This document shows, in pieces, positions 31,875-32,000 of a stretch of DNA of 32,000 nucleotides. This DNA comes from Zygophlyctis sp. KS116 (Eukaryota; Fungi; Chytridiomycota). The notes under the pieces were generated by a model. It had not been told where the DNA came from and searched no databases. It worked only from the letters and a program-made list of their open reading frames with translations. Location of the stretch: assembly GCA_054661495.1 (NCBI GenBank), contig BAAFSQ010000062.1:15472-47471 (forward strand). Direction: 5' to 3'. Within the stretch, counting starts at the first letter, position 1; the number at the start of each line of letters is the position of its first letter. A program made the position numbers and the translations under genes.

Positions 31875-32000
31875 TCAAATCAGCGATTTTACTTTTGCAT
31901 CTCTACCAGAAAAGAATTTGTGATCATGATCATAGATTTCTGAACCCCGTAAAGTCGTTTCAGAATCTACGGGTCTTTGAATAACCGAATTCTTTGTAAA
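31875..32000 (-). CDS. Possible 3' end of a gene entering from the right edge
   Basis: Open minus-strand frame from the window edge (FTKNSVIQRPVDSETTLRGSEIYDHDHKFFSGRDAKVKSLI*). No family recognised. Confidence 0.3.
   Translation of the reverse strand, partial: FTKNSVIQRPVDSETTLRGSEIYDHDHKFFSGRDAKVKSLI

Overview
Extremely compact eukaryotic genomic DNA from a flagellated (zoosporic) fungus. The fungal call rests on Scs7-, Dia2/Pof3- and Trl1-type genes; the flagellated call rests on the ciliary transition-zone gene RPGRIP1L/MKS5. 'Chytrid' is an inference. The fragmented ORF track is explained by about 50 tiny GT-AG introns, which I traced by hand (24-33 nt, mostly 25-27). Gene order: PQ-loop transporter (partial), unknown gene, POL2, stand-alone Trl1-type polynucleotide kinase (starting in the POL2 stop, TGATG), TPR/F-box/LRR (Dia2-like), DNA2, then an accessory island (about 14.9-20.8 kb), then SCS7, RPGRIP1L, PMM/SEC53, Sec61beta, SAM50, ULA1/NAE1, a tandem SCP2 peroxisomal protein and an apparently catalytically dead alpha/beta hydrolase. 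The island holds an expansin-like protein, a 577-aa secreted kexin-processed toxin/fusogen-like precursor paired with a GT-A glycosyltransferase-like gene inside a partial tandem duplication (2979-bp offset), and a 2x8-Cys surface protein. Highlights: the toxin-like/glycosyltransferase cassette, ultra-short introns, near-zero intergenic spacing, a recurrent GTCCGAA promoter motif, a POL2-DIA2-DNA2 replication cluster and a split-off tRNA-ligase kinase. All gene models and counts are manual; no database searches were run.
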